DNA of 64,000 nucleotides from the NCBI GenBank assembly GCA_036867785.1, contig CP145415.1, forward strand, positions 496,001-560,000, given 5' to 3'. Both the position numbers and the translations under genes were made by a program. This document shows, in pieces, positions 43,048 through 56,249 of this stretch. Position 1 is the first letter of the stretch. Each line of letters begins with the position of its first letter. Under the pieces are notes generated by a model. It was given only the letters and a program-made list of their open reading frames with translations, did not search any database and was not told where the DNA came from. This DNA comes from Plasmodiophora brassicae. Lineage: Eukaryota.

Positions 43048-46000
43048 TCACCGGGTGACACGACGTATCACTGGCTCGTCATCCGAATCGGATGGCGTTT
43101 CTGCACCGGAGGAACTCGCGCTGTCCTCGCCGTCCGAACGATTGGCTTCCGGTGCGGCAACCGCACTGGCGGTAGAAGCGTTCATGACGCTCTCGACGTC
43201 ACGCAGCAGCAGACTGAACGGGTACGAAACGTATTTCGCCCAGAGCGGATGCTTGGACCACTCTTTGTAGCCGAACAGTGGGCTCGACATGCCGTGTAAG
43301 ATACGCGCCACCTACGATGTACCCGTGAGCTGGCATTGACAATGACACCTTGAGCAGTCTGCTGGCAACCTGACGAGGCCTTTCGAATTTCGAGGACCAC
43401 TGATGCAGAAAGAGCTTGACGTCGGCCAGCAAATGATCGGGACGTTTCCGGTCGTTGCATTGCGCTTCTAACCGTTCGTAGTCGGGCAGCTCGCATTCAA
43501 CCTGACACCGAGGTCATGGTCACATTGACGCGAACCTTTCGCAACACCCAGTTGTACCGCTTGCAATAAATCTTCGTCTGAAGGGGATGAAAAGTAGACT
43601 TCAATAGCGCGGCGAAGTTTCGTCTGGTTGTCTTGCCGACAAATTCAGTTGCTCTGCAACGCTCGCGTCGTAGGACCTTACCTGGGTTACATTGGCCCAC
43701 TTTCTCGGTGGCAGCCGACTTCAAAACCTGTGCAACCACGTTGACCTTCCTCAGCTGCTGAACCTCGTGCAAGCTGCGTTATTGCGGGTAATCAGCCATT
43801 GTGATCCAGCACGTTCCGCGACACGGGATTCACCTGCAGAACTGGGAGACCTCTCGCGATAGTTCGTCAATGTTGTCAGGATGCCTCAATACTTCCATAG
43901 CGAAGCTGTAGTCCTTTGACGAAACGCTCTCGTCAGACGTTGCAATCTTCGGGCACTCCGATGACGTAAAAACCTTCCACGTCAGTTGCGCTTCCCCTAC
44001 ACCCCTCAGTGAAAGCAGGGTATGTTGTACGTCAGATATGGCCACGTTCAATTTGTTAGCCACGTCGACGATGTTAACCTAAGGACTCTTAGTTGCAGAT
44101 GACTCCAACTTGGAGAGCATTGCAGGGTTACCGAATAAGAACCCGTGCGGAACGAGCTGTTCTCGATAATCCACGCCAGGATACTGCTCTGAGCAGCCAA
44201 CCGTTCTGGAGGACTTTTACAAAAGCGCATCGTACACGTGTTATGCAAGTTAGGCAGCGCACGAACAAACGGCGGCCTACAAATCGACTCAGCTAACAGG
44301 ATAGAGGAAGTTACAGACAGGGATACCGGCACTGAAGTTCGAGGAATGAAAGGAGCGTTTCACTGACTTCATCGCGGACGTCGAGACGGGAAAGTTGTCG
44401 TTCCCGGGATAGCGCCACGAATCGTTGATCGGAGGAGAATATGAAATCCAGAAGTTCACGGATCTGAGAGACGCTGTGGTTGGAAGCTACGGTGCTGCTG
44501 ACAGACTAACCGCAATACCTGGGGGGTATCAATGCCATTGGAATGCGACAATGACCTAAAACGGTCAACGTCGTCCTCGTCGTAGAAAGCATGGCAGTAT
44601 GAGGGCAAGCCGTCACGCCCGGCTCTTCCAATCTCCTAAAGTGCGTTGGTCATGTACGGGACAATGAGCATCGTCCAAGAGTAACATACTTGGACGTAGT
44701 GCTCCATGGACTGCGGCAGGTTAAAGTGTATCACGGAACGGACGTCGCTCTTGTCGAGACCCATCCCTGATCAACTACGTCAGTTACCGCAAACAGACGC
44801 AAGCGCCCACGATCTGCAACATGCGCTAACCGAATGCAATTGTCGCGCATACGATCCGAAGGCGGCCGCTCATGAACTGATCGAGCACTGCCCGTCGTTC
44901 TTTCGCGGGTTTTCCAGCGTGATAACTGGCGCTCACTAATCCCTGGGCCCTCAGCCGTAGAACCAACTGAGCGCTTCCCAGTGAGCATCGGCAGCAATGG
45001 AGATGCACCAGAATGAATACTGACTTCGTCGGCGGTCCGCTGCAAGTGGACATAGATGATGACAGAGTTCAGCGCCGAAAACCGTTCCGAAAGCAACATC
45101 CGATGCAACGCGCCGAACCTGAACCTGAGTCAGCGAACAGAAACGCAGGCGACCATCCTGGTTGACCTGTCGTAGTCTCGGGACACACTTAGAATGAGAT
45201 TGTCTCGACTAACAGGTTGTTCGATAAAGTATCCGTCATCGCAGCGCAGGGACAAATTCTCGGTTCTGCCACATACATCATCAGGTATCTGTTCAAACAC
45301 TTCGACACGCGGTACACACATGGAGACAATAGTACGCTGCGTCGCCGTCGCGGTAAGCGCCAGTATACACTCGACACCCAGCGATTCTCGCACAATCCTG
45401 TTAATACGAAGGAATGTCGGACGGAAGTTATGCGACCTAAACAGGAAACAGTGTTTGGTAAAAACGTCATGAGTCTGTTCTCCGTCTTACCATTGCGAAA
45501 CCTATTCCACAAGAAATGTCACGATAATGAGGACAACCGGACACAGACACTGGCTTACACAATGAGCTTCATCAACGCAGACAAATGCAATTCCGTCAGG
45601 GACGACACTGTCGGCAATGAATCAGCCCTTTAAGTGGTGGAAACCGAAACCCGTTCTCAGCGATACCGCATGATTCGCTGGAAACCAGCAGTGTGAATCC
45701 TTTCGGGGGACACGAAGAGGACTTTGACCGTCCCCTCTCGAAGACGGCGGATAAGCGCGTCAATCGCAGCAACAGATTGCTCGCTGGACCAGATGGCACC
45801 AGGAAGGCAAGCTGGCAGTCGTGAAAGGTGGTCTTGCATTAAAGCAAGTAACGGCGTAACGACAATGGTTATTCCAGGGAGCATGAACGCAGGCATTTGG
45901 AATATCAGCGACTTTCCGCCGCCAGTAGGCAGGACTGGCAACACGAACGAAAATCAGAGAGCTGCGTTGGATCACCATTAAACGACACGTGCCTGCTAAG

Positions 46001-47362
46001 GTCGACTTCTTGTTGAGCACCCGTTCGATTGCCTCAAACTGACCGGGCCTGAAAGACTGGAAGTTGAAGATCTTGGATAAAACGCCAGTGGCGGATTCCC
46101 TATCGTATCCGCCTTCATAGTTGACGGGTTGGGGCTCATCATCTACAGTGGGAGCGTCGCCCATTCTGCCACCATCAGGTGGCGACACTTCCGCCGTCGC
46201 AATCGATGACATTGCAACTCGTCGCTCATTATCGTCCAGGATATCCGAGTACAGTGAATCGTTTACAGCCTGCGATCGTGCTTAGCAGCGATATACACGA
46301 TGTTAAACACCCGTACCTGCTTCCGTTTCCGTAATTGTTCCATTTTAAATGCCTTCGCCGACATCCAGCCTCCTGTCCGACTTCGCTTCCTGCTGGACGT
46401 ACCCTTGGATTTCCACGGATGCTTGAGATCCGTCTTGACGAAATTGTTCGTCAGCATCAAGCGAGGCTCTGCTGTCGACTGCAATCACCTCATCTCATCA
46501 ACAATGGGGAACGATGCGTTAGACGCGTTCTGACCTTCTTCTTTTGACAAACCCTCGCCTTCTTCCGAGTTGGGCGCGGGTCACATGATGTTGACGGTGC
46601 CGCTTTCGCTTGGACCACCCGTTCCGGAGATCGCCCTTGTTTTCCACTAATCCCTGAGGTTTCCGGCACGACAGCTTTGCTCGCCTGGCTCATTGACGGA
46701 AGGACATGTTCCACAGCTTTGCTCGCTTGGCTCATTGACGGAAGAACATGATCCGGAACAACCCCGACATAATTCTTTCGCGTGTTATCCTTGGGGTGCG
46801 CGTTCTCCTTTCCAAAGTTATCGAGTAACCGATCAGGCTCGGCATCGTGGACACTGGGGTTTCGCATAACGATCGAACCCGAGTGCTTCGATCGCATTAA
46901 CGTGTTCAGAGGAGAAATGATCGACTAACAGTAGAATTAGCAAGAACAGCTTGTAGCATGTATGGACGTACCGTGTTCGGGCGTGGTTCTACAGACTTAG
47001 GAAGCACCGTTGCTGACGATACCACCTTGTGTTCGGGCTGAATGACGACCCGGTCAATTGCCGCTAGAGACATGCGAGACCCGACAGGGTATACTGACCT
47101 TGTCACCTTCAGGGACGTCGCGACGTTCACTTTGTAAGGAATTTTGTCGAACAATCGATGGACCTTGCCGCAGTCGACGAAGCTGATCGTCGGAAAAGCG
47201 CGGCCCGGGCGCGCGCTTCATCGACTCGTACTCCCTATAGCAGTGTGCGATCTCTGGGCACGCATTGATGTCGGCACGAGCCGGCGGGCGTCCTTCGTTC
47301 GCTGCGAAGTCCCGCTCCCATGTCTTCAGGCGCAGCTTCAGGTCCTGCACCGTACTGCCCAT
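43048..47362 (-). CDS. RECQL4: RECQL4-type RecQ helicase with an N-terminal Sld2-like domain; multi-exon
   Basis: LKTWERDFAANEGRPPARADI (Sld2/RecQ4 N-terminus), NNFVKTDLK, FRPGQFEAI, LPTGGGKSLIFQ, ILALTATAT, YHAG, CATIAFGMGLDKSDVR, RILHGMSSP...W. Confidence 0.93.
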
Positions 47363-47593
47363 GGCCGGGCCCCACCAAAACTAACCAGTCGCTGCGGGAA
47401 AAGACGGGGCGTCGGGGAACCCACTGCAGGTGCAATACACCGATAGTCCACAGGTTGAGAATCACGTTGCATTCCAGGAAACCAATCGTGATTTGGAGGT
47501 AATTCGGTGAGTGTTTGTCCAACCATAGCAATGGTGGTAACGACTGTGAGGAAACTTGAGCGAGTTTATGAACAGATGTGCACGGACTGGCTA

Positions 47594-48222
47594 CTAGATG
47601 GGCTTGATCTTGAAGTGCAGGGCGATTAGGGAGAATACGAGGCACTTGAGATCCTGAACAAGGAAATATAACGCCTTGAAACCTTCCGGGTCGCTGCATT
47701 TCTCGACGTCCATGAGAGCGCCGATCTTGGCGGTTTCGAACGAGATGTGGTCGTTGCCCATTACGATCTCCAGCTGCTGCGACCCGACGCGATCAGGCAC
47801 AGGCCACTTGCTGTCGTCTTCCCTGCGGAACACAATTAGCGCTCGAGAATGTCGTCCTCGATCGACCAGCAACATACTTCATGACCTCCGACGTCTCAAC
47901 AATTCGCTTGAGTTCATTCAGGACGCTCTGCGATACGTGAACTATGGGGAAGTGTTACGCGAGCGTAAAATCAGGAAGACGAACCTACTACCCACCCTCT
48001 TTCCTAATCATGTGGTCCTTCTTGTAATTGGAGTTGTTCGCATATCGCAGCAGGCCGTCCGGGCGAACCTCGAACTCCAGGAACTCATGGCCGAACTTGC
48101 CCTTGTGTCCCACACTGCAACGCCACACCCACGTATCAGCACCCGCGTTCGCGTCGCATTCGCCGACCGCTGCTGCCCTACTAGTAACGGAGGTAGAACT
48201 CGTCAGCGCCACCCGTGACCAT
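47594..48222 (-). CDS. MAGOH: Mago nashi (exon junction complex); multi-exon
   Basis: DEFY...[33 protein letters not shown]...[19 protein letters not shown]...[22 protein letters not shown]. Confidence 0.98.
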
Positions 48223-48391
48223 CGCGCGCAAATGTCCGCCACGGATCGCCACCGAAAGTGCCTTCCGCCGACGGGGCCGTAACGTTAACGCCGTGTAACG
48301 TGCGCCTGGATGTGGGTTTTCGAGTGCAGTCCGCCAGTCAGTTGACGGCAGCGGGTGCCAGTCTCGATATCGGGGTGGCGCTGGCTGCAGC

Positions 48392-50029
48392 ATGCTGGCC
48401 TGGGTGTCGATGCTGGTCGGGCAGCAGCTGCTGTCCCGGTGCCTGACGTTCCTGTTGAATGTCGGCGTGACGCGGGCGATGCCGATCGACGAATACGGTG
48501 TGACCGTGAACCTCGCGCTGCTGGATGCGACCGTGCTGTTCGTGTCGCGCGAGCCGCTGCGGCGCATAGCAATGCGAGGCACGTCGCCTGCGCATGTTCG
48601 CTCTTGTGTCAACCTGTCGTGGTTCGTGTCGATTCCGGTTTCTGTTGTGATTACGATGGTGGCGTCTTGGTTCTGGACTGCACCGAAATATTCAACGTGC
48701 ATGTCACTATACAGTTTCGCGCTGGTTATTGATATGCTGTCTGAGCCGTTTTACTTGGTCACGTTAATCGAGTCGAGGGTCGGACGTCGCGTTGCGTTCG
48801 AGTCATTTGCGACAATTCTTCGCGTTACTGCGACATTTGCTCTCGTCGTTGCCCCGTTCGCAATGGGCATTAACGCATTCGGATGGGCTCAGCTTGTATA
48901 TGCGATTACCAAGCTGGCGGCTTTCGTTGGCGATGCGATAATGTGGCGCTCGACCCTAGCTCTCCCGACATTCCTTGATAATGGCAAGGCCTTTGATGCC
49001 GATGTGTCCGGACTTGGTGGAATGTTTGCTATTCAGACGGTCGAAAAATACCTATTGACAGAAGGAGAAAAGATTGTCCTTGTCGGCATCGGCAACGATT
49101 TGCAAGCACAAGGTGTCTATGCACTTGTCCAGAACCTGGGTTCCCTCGTTGCCAGGTTCCTACTGCAGCCGATCGAAGAGGTTGCCGCCATACATTTCTC
49201 GAAGGTCTGTGCCCTGCCTTTGCTCCGTCGGAATTCAGCTGACGTCCATCCAGGAAGGGCGGTCTGCTGCGGCGTTTCAGGAAATAACGTTTCTGACCAA
49301 ATTCATGGTCCTTCTCGGATTGGTGTTTGTTGTGTTTGGCCCTGCATATTCCTTCGTCTTGCTCCACATCCTATATGGGTCCCTGTGGAGCCAAGGCAGT
49401 AACGCAGCCAGTGTCCTCTCGCTGTACTGTGTCTACGTGTTAACGTTGGGTGTAAACGGCGTAACTGAAGCATTCATGCTCTCGCTGATTTCTAAACAAG
49501 AATTGCAAACGTATAGCATTCTGCTGGTACCGTTCTCAGGTACTTCTTCGTTGCGCTTGTATGGCATTTGTTGTTAATGTCGATACTCCAGGGCTATACC
49601 TTTTGCTGTCTACCGCCCTGATGCCCTTTGGAGCAACTGGCTTGATTCTGGCTAACTCGTTGTCAATGTCGTCCCGCATTGCGTACAGCCTGTGGTTTAT
49701 TCGCAAGCATTTTCAAACGACATGGAACGACCTACTTGCTGCAATATTGCCCAAATTTTCAACAGTGTCCCTGATGGCTGTGGTTCCTATGATTCTATAT
49801 GCAAGCTATTCTGGTTTCAAGGTTCGTCCTTGTCGTGTTTGCATTCGTGGTTGTGAGACGATCCCGGTAGGTTCGTTCGGACCCTTCTTTATCCGGGTTC
49901 GCATGTCATATCGCTGTCGGCATTGTCTGCCTCATATCTTCCGCCGCAACTGTTTGGAAACGCGAGAGAGAGTTGGTAGCAACTGGGCGCTCCCTGTTTG
50001 GAAAGCGTGCACGGCAGCATGCCGAATAG
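48392..50029 (+). CDS. RFT1: RFT1 (Man5GlcNAc2-PP-dolichol translocation protein); multi-exon
   Basis: QLLSRCLTFLLN, LLDATVLFVSREPLRR, KYLLTEGEKIVL, QGVYALVQNLGSLVARFLLQPIEE, YCVYVLTLGVNGVTEAF, GLILAN. Confidence 0.96.
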
Positions 50030-50136
50030 CCTGTTGGTTTCGACAACCTTCACGAGACTATCCACAAAAGCAAAGACATGGCGTAAACGGTTTTTAAACA
50101 GCTGATTTTATGAGCTACCTCGTAACTGGCGAACGT

Positions 50137-52433
50137 TTATCGCTTCTTGAACCAAGCCGGAGTGCCTCCTGCTCTTTGCGAACTGGGCTTGCGAGGAATG
50201 ACGGGGTTGACCGCTGGTGCGTCGGAAGATTCCTTGACTTCAGAGTCAACATCATCGTATGTCAGTTTCTGAAGCTTATCCTTAGCGTCGCTCGTCAGTA
50301 GCTCCTCCACCTCTGTTGTGTCTTCAGCAGAGTCGAACTGAAGATACAGAATTGCTGACGGCACCAAGTGTAGAGTGTGCAGCGTTTCAGAGAACGATGT
50401 CTGGGAAAACGTCAGTCACTCGAAATCAATGTTGACTGAGATGATGCAGACCACGCCAAGTATTGTTGCGGGCGGCAATACAAAATGAAAACTGGAATCA
50501 GGACGAGCAAGAACACTTCGGACCACCTCCGCAACATCTCCAAGCGTCTCGCTTGCCTTGAAGGTGGCCTGCACGACGAAACGACGCATGATGCGAACAC
50601 GAATTCGAGCCCTCTGAAGATATGTCAACTTCAACGAAGTACCTGTCCGGACTGTCCTTACGGTTCGTGGCTGCGTATGCAGCGCCGCCTGCATCTGCTC
50701 CCTTACGTAAGACTTGGAAACCAACAGTTCGGCGAACTTTGCGCGACGTTGGAAGGCCTTGTGCGCTCCTGCAATTAAGGCGAGGTCGCTAGGGTCTTCT
50801 TCAATGAATTCCTCTTCACGAGCGCTTAGCTTTGCTGTAGAGTGGCGGTCAGTCATGCAGACAGTATCGCTGATGAAAACCCATTACGATTGTCTTGGAC
50901 ACCTAGCGCCTCGTCGTACAGAGCGAGCTGCCGATCTACAGGTTCATCATCATTTTCTACATCGGTGCTTCCAAGCTGAACGCCACAGCGTTAAAGCCCT
51001 GACAATGGGGTTCCATCCTGACAGCATACCGCATTGATCTGAGCAGCAACAGCAGCTGGAGGTCGACGAATAGGTGCGTCCTCGTGTCGGTAATGTCTGT
51101 ATAATAGGTCAGCGACCCGTGGAACGGCCTGTGCTGGATCAACCTTTCAATTATTGACAGCGCACGCTCTAGGAGGTCTCGGTTGATCTGGTCCGTGCAG
51201 GAACGGAACGGTTGGCCGTCAGCATCAACCTCTTCGCGGAACCCAATCAGTTCCAGATACTTGACCGCGGAGTCGCGCTGGAAGACGTTCGTATTAAGTG
51301 CTGGGTTCGACACGCGGAGACTGCGATAACGCGCGTCCTCGGGGTGATCGAGCAAGTTTCGCGTGATGATCCTCAACGTGCGAAGGCACGTTTTCAAATC
51401 AGTCTTCGCAGGGACTTCTTTCCGTAGGTTGCTGACAAACACCGTTAGGCACATCGAGTTATTCATGGATCTTCAAAGAGCGTACTGCAAGGCCCTGTCA
51501 ATGCCTCCAGCCTTTCTTTCCGCTTCGGTCCGCCAGGCAGAGAAATCTGATCACAGCATAAGGATGCGTCGAGTCACAGACGGTGACGCACATGTACCAG
51601 TTTCCCTAATTTCTGTGAACGGTTCAGAAGGTCCTTCATCAGAACCGGCACCAACGCCAACGTCAACAGACGGGACCTGAGAATCGCCTTCACTACCCAT
51701 AATTTCGGTACGTGCGCGCTCCTCCATAGCAATGATCGTTGCAACCTGCGCAGCAGGCATCATCATCATCATCATCAATACTAACGACAATCTGCAAGAC
51801 GTATCCTACAGATAAATCGCTGGGGACGTGCGTCACATGGAGAAGAATACTCGATATCGACGCAAGACCCAGTATTTCCTTCACGAAGAGTCGGTCAGCA
51901 CTTGCAGTACGCGTGCTCATCGCGGTCCCGCGTACCAAGTTAAGATCCATGAGTGTCTTCACGTCGGTGAAATGCGCCCCTCCATCAATGCGAACTGTGG
52001 GCACGTAGACAACCGCACTGTCGTCGGCAGTAAAGTACGTGAATCGGACGCTTGTGCTGAGCTTGAGCATGTCCCATAGGGATTGACGAACCGAGCACGA
52101 TCCTTCGAAGCGGCCTGCAGGACCGCGAAGCGCCACGCGACACGTACGACCGGTTGGCTGACGACCTGATTGACTGTTAGGCGTCGATGGAGAACCAACG
52201 AACCCCAGAAAGGCCATACTCCGCTGAATAAGACGAGCGGTCGGCTCCAGATGCTTGGCGGGACAATACAACGTGACGGGCTGGCGGTCTCGGGACGGCC
52301 ACGCCAGCGCGTACTCGGCCGGGTTCAACCCACGTTGTCGGCACGCGCGCACGAGCAGCGGCCCCAGCGCACCGCCGTCGCCAGGCTCCAGGTGGACGGG
52401 GACGGCCCAGTCCGGCGTCGCCGTCGAACCCAT
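50137..52433 (-). CDS. p97/Cdc48 cofactor with UBL-like N-terminus, PUB and UBX domains (TUG/UBXN6/PUX-like); multi-exon
   Basis: RACRQRGLNPAEYAL (TUG UBL-like); CLRTLRIITRNLLDHPEDARYRSLRVSN...YLELIGF (PUB); RARIRVR...VVQATFKASETLGDV, LHTLHLVPSAILY (UBX); GTPAWFKKR*. Confidence 0.82.
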
Positions 52434-53310
52434 TCGAACCCGCTCTGCACCTTTCGTCGCCCCGGGGCGGCGGACCCACGAAAATCACACCGCGGCGGAC
52501 AAGCTGCAGTGCGACGTGCGAACTCGTCCAGGGCCCGGGTTACCGCCTCCGGTACCTTCCGTCTTGGGCGCCCTGACGATATTGTGCGGGGGCACGTGTG
52601 CGGCGCGCGGGTGTGCCGAGGCGCCCATATCTACACCGGAGTCCATGGTATGCAAGGGCGTGTGCCGACGGCGCTTTGCGCCCATGACGCTATGACGTGT
52701 TCCTGGAACTGGATCTCGCGGTGAGAGGGACCCCGTCCCAGACCGTGCATCAAGGCATATACGTGCAAATGTGCCAGTCACGCCGGTATGCGAAGTCGGC
52801 GGTTATTGCAGGCCCGATCGGGAATTTGGAAACGGTGCGACAGGCACCGCGTTCTTTCCCAGTTGGCTGGCAGGTGTTGACCAAAGCAAAGCAGCACATA
52901 TTGTACGTTGTCACTACGTGGTGAGCCTCAACGCACAGGGGAGCGATGTTTCTACACGATCCTTATCTTGCGCGCCAAAGGAGCGTATAAAAATACAACT
53001 CCCCTGCACGTTGAGTACAATGCCACACCAACGGGTCCTGACAACTTGTAGCCCACACAGAAATCGACTGCGCTCAATTTGGCGCATGTCTTTGTTTGAC
53101 TTTAAAGTGGTCCTGGTGCGGCCGTTTGTCAAGAGTTGCGATGACATGTTGTGGTGGGTCAACCTACCGTCACGATGATTTACCTACGTACCTCCCTACC
53201 TATGTATGTACTGTAGGTAGCTGACCACGATCATAATGACCAACGACCACACTGCCGTACGGATTCCGCGGCGCAGTCCGTCATCGGCGTCCGCCCCGCC
53301 GAGAGCTGCC

Positions 53311-54219
53311 ATGGCAACGGCGCTTTCTGACAGTGCGAAATCATCCGCCGCCGCCGCCGCATTGTCGAAGGCCGAGAACAAATTCATTCGACTCTGTGAG
53401 GAATTCCCCGACGGTCTCCCCGATGACGTCCTGCAGTCTCGACTGGAAAGCGTGCCGATTGAAGTTCGCGCCAAGATTATCAACTCGCTGTCGGGCCGCG
53501 GCCGGCTTGTCCTGCTGCAGGGCGCCAATACGATCTTGTACAAGTTGATCAGTGCCGAAGATGCGGAGAAATTCACAGGCCTGGACCATGAAGGGATCCT
53601 AATCTATCGGCTTGTCGAACAGGCCGGCGATCGAGGCGTCTGGATTCGGGAGCTGCGCGTGAAGTCTGGCCTCACCCAGCAAGTCGTCACGAAGCTCATC
53701 AAGATGCTCATGCAGAAACGTCTGATCAAGGAGATCAAGTCCGTTCAGAACAACCGAAAAGTGTACCTGAAGTTCGACGTCGAGCCTAGCCGCGACCTGA
53801 TTGGTGGGGCACTGTCGCAAGGTGCGGACCTGGATGCTGAGTTCGTCAAGATCCTTCGTCAAGCCTGCGTGAAGTTCATCGACAAACAGTCGGCAGCGTC
53901 TGCGGAAGACATCAGCGCGTTCCTGGTGTCGTCGAAGATCTCCAAGATCGCATTCGAGGGCGACGACATTCTTCAGATCATCAACTCGCTGCTGTACGAC
54001 GGCACCATCGAGAAAGTGCCGGAAAGCTCGTCAGGCGGCGCCTTCTCAGGCAAGCGGAAGCGTGAGGAGACCCTGTATCGGATTGCCAAGCTACCTATCG
54101 AGGTCGACTATTATGCATCAACGCCATGCTGTGTGTGCGTCGTCGCCGACATGTGCTTCGACGGTAGCGATATCTCGCCTACTGCCTGTGAATACTATCG
54201 GGCATGGCTCGACTTCTAG
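53311..54219 (+). CDS. POLR3F: RNA polymerase III subunit RPC34/RPC6, intronless
   Basis: IYRLVEQAGDRGVWIREL, LIKEIKSVQNNRKVYLKFDVEPSRDLIGG, LLYDGTIEK; C-terminal Fe-S motif PCCVCVVADMC...ISPTACEYYRAWLDF*. Confidence 0.96.
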   Translation: MATALSDSAKSSAAAAALSKAENKFIRLCEEFPDGLPDDVLQSRLESVPIEVRAKIINSLSGRGRLVLLQGANTILYKLISAEDAEKFTGLDHEGILIYRLVEQAGDRGVWIRELRVKSGLTQQVVTKLIKMLMQKRLIKEIKSVQNNRKVYLKFDVEPSRDLIGGALSQGADLDAEFVKILRQACVKFIDKQSAASAEDISAFLVSSKISKIAFEGDDILQIINSLLYDGTIEKVPESSSGGAFSGKRKREETLYRIAKLPIEVDYYASTPCCVCVVADMCFDGSDISPTACEYYRAWLDF

Positions 54220-54290
54220 AACTCATGAAACCTATTTATACAACGTCCAACTCGGAGACGGCGAACAACGAACTCAGGGGGGCTGGGGAT

Positions 54291-55676
54291 TTATTGATGC
54301 TGCATGTCTTCGGATCCGGCGCTGGAGGACAACGAATCATTGTCGCTCCCAGTGTCGTATCGCGTCCTAATGTCTGGGATGATTCTGATGTCCGTTGGCT
54401 GCTGCTGGATGCCTTTCGGTCGCGACAGCGACCTCATGAACGCGTTCTGGTCACCGAACACGTCGGGCGACGACTGCTCGGATGACAATAGTAAGGTGTC
54501 GGACCCCAGGTCAGCACTTCCGCAATTCAGCAGCAACGCGTCCGACCTATTCGGAAGGCAGAATAGAGTTCGCCAGCCGAACGAAGTTGCTGGAATCTGC
54601 AAGCGAACGGGATCAGGATGATGTAACAGGTCGGGACAGTAACGGGAGGTACTTCGCGAAAGTATATCAGCACCATTGAGGTCGGTATAACCTCCCAGAT
54701 AAACAGGAGGAAGAACGCCAGGCCAGATATGTAGCGTTTCCCGTTCTCGCTGCCGATTTGCACTTGGATCACATCGAACCTGTGTTACAGCGATCAGGAC
54801 GGACATCGCGCGTATTCTCTGTATACCCGCCGTGCATTACGTGGTCAAGAAGTTGAAAACGCAGCGCGAAACAAATATGAGCCACGTCATGATTGTTATT
54901 GACAGAATCATTCGCGGCGACAGCTTCCTCAGGTTGTTGGCCGGCTTCTACGCCGTCGTTCAATTCCCAAGCATACCCGGCGCCGACGATACACTTACGT
55001 CAGGCGAGGACGACGCCAGCATTAGGCGGACTCCATAGTAGGCATACGTAATGACGAGGATCAGGAACTGGAGGCTCATGAACAGATGATGCGTCTTTTC
55101 CAGGTCCGACGAGGGATCCACGCCATGCTTCCAGGACAGGATAATGTACACTAGTGACACCTCGTCAAACGATGCCAGCGCTGCCCTCCCGGGGGCGAGG
55201 ATACCTGTCGTCAGCGCCAGGACCGTTCCGTTTGCCAGGGCGTACATGATCCTATAGAAATGTCGAACGTGCAGCCACATCCGTTCGTAAACCAGGAACG
55301 CGTAGAACATGCACACGAGCGAAAAGGTAGCGAACTGAAGATCGATAGGAACCTGCGGCATCTTTGTTATAGTCGCACTGTGCGAAATTGAGGCGTACAG
55401 GCACCCAGTAAAGGCAAAGGTCAGCGACATCAGGACGGTCGGTTGGGCCAATGAAGAAGAGCACGCGAAGAACGGTCCAGAGCAGCCCAATAGTCAGGAA
55501 CGCCGTCTGGAAGCTGAATAGCGAGTGGCGGAACAGGAGAATCCGCCCAACTGCGTACCCCCAAATATCAGCCATGCGCTCGTCGACGCCCGCCGGGGCC
55601 ACTGACGCTGCACGGCGCAGGCCACGATGAGCGTCGCGTACGCAGCGATCAGCACGTGGACGAGGATATTCTCCAT
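54291..55676 (-). CDS. THH1/TOM1/GPR137-like multi-pass membrane protein; multi-exon
   Basis: QLGRILLFRHSLFSFQTAFLTIGLLWTVLRVLFF, LYWVPIDLQFATFSL, FFLLFIWEVIPTSMVLIYFR, FGDQ...RYDTGSD. Confidence 0.8.
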
Positions 55677-55858
55677 GACAGCGCCCGGGAGCGATCACGC
55701 CACCAGCGCCATCCTGATCGACAAGCGACGACGCCGACGACTAAATGCCCCCCACCGGTGTCGCCGTAACGTACGCTCTGCACAGCGGACTTTGCGCGTT
55801 CGTTCGGTGTTCCGTCCATCTTGATACCGATCCATATCCACGATTCGTGAAGAACATG

Positions 55859-56249
55859 GCCGCGAGCGGCGCCCACGTCGCGAACGAGTCCTGCGTGCCG
55901 TCGAACTTGGGGAACTGCGGTCGACCGGCGTCTGCACGACCAGACATGTCCGCGATCGGCGCGTGGAGCGGAGGTGTGCGGGCGTCGTGGCCGAGGGCCA
56001 GTCGGCGCAGACAGTCGATGACGACTTCGCATCCCTGTCAGACCTCGAATCTAGACACCGTGCTGGCGGAGACGAGGGCAGCCCACGACCGGCACCGCAA
56101 GATAGCGTTAATCCGGTCGATGCAGCACCAGATGGCTCATCCCGAAACGCTCCACGCGCCGATCGCGGTCGTGCAGACGCCGGTCGACCGCAGTTCCCCA
56201 AGTTCGACGGCACGCAGGACTCGTTCGCGACGTGGGCGCCGCCCGCGGC
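55859..56249. repeat. Long inverted repeat, arms 55859-55970 and 56148-56249
   Basis: 55866-55941 is the exact reverse complement of 56167-56242 (76 bp). The match extends 20 bp inward after a ~10-nt insertion and a few bp outward. Confidence 0.95.
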
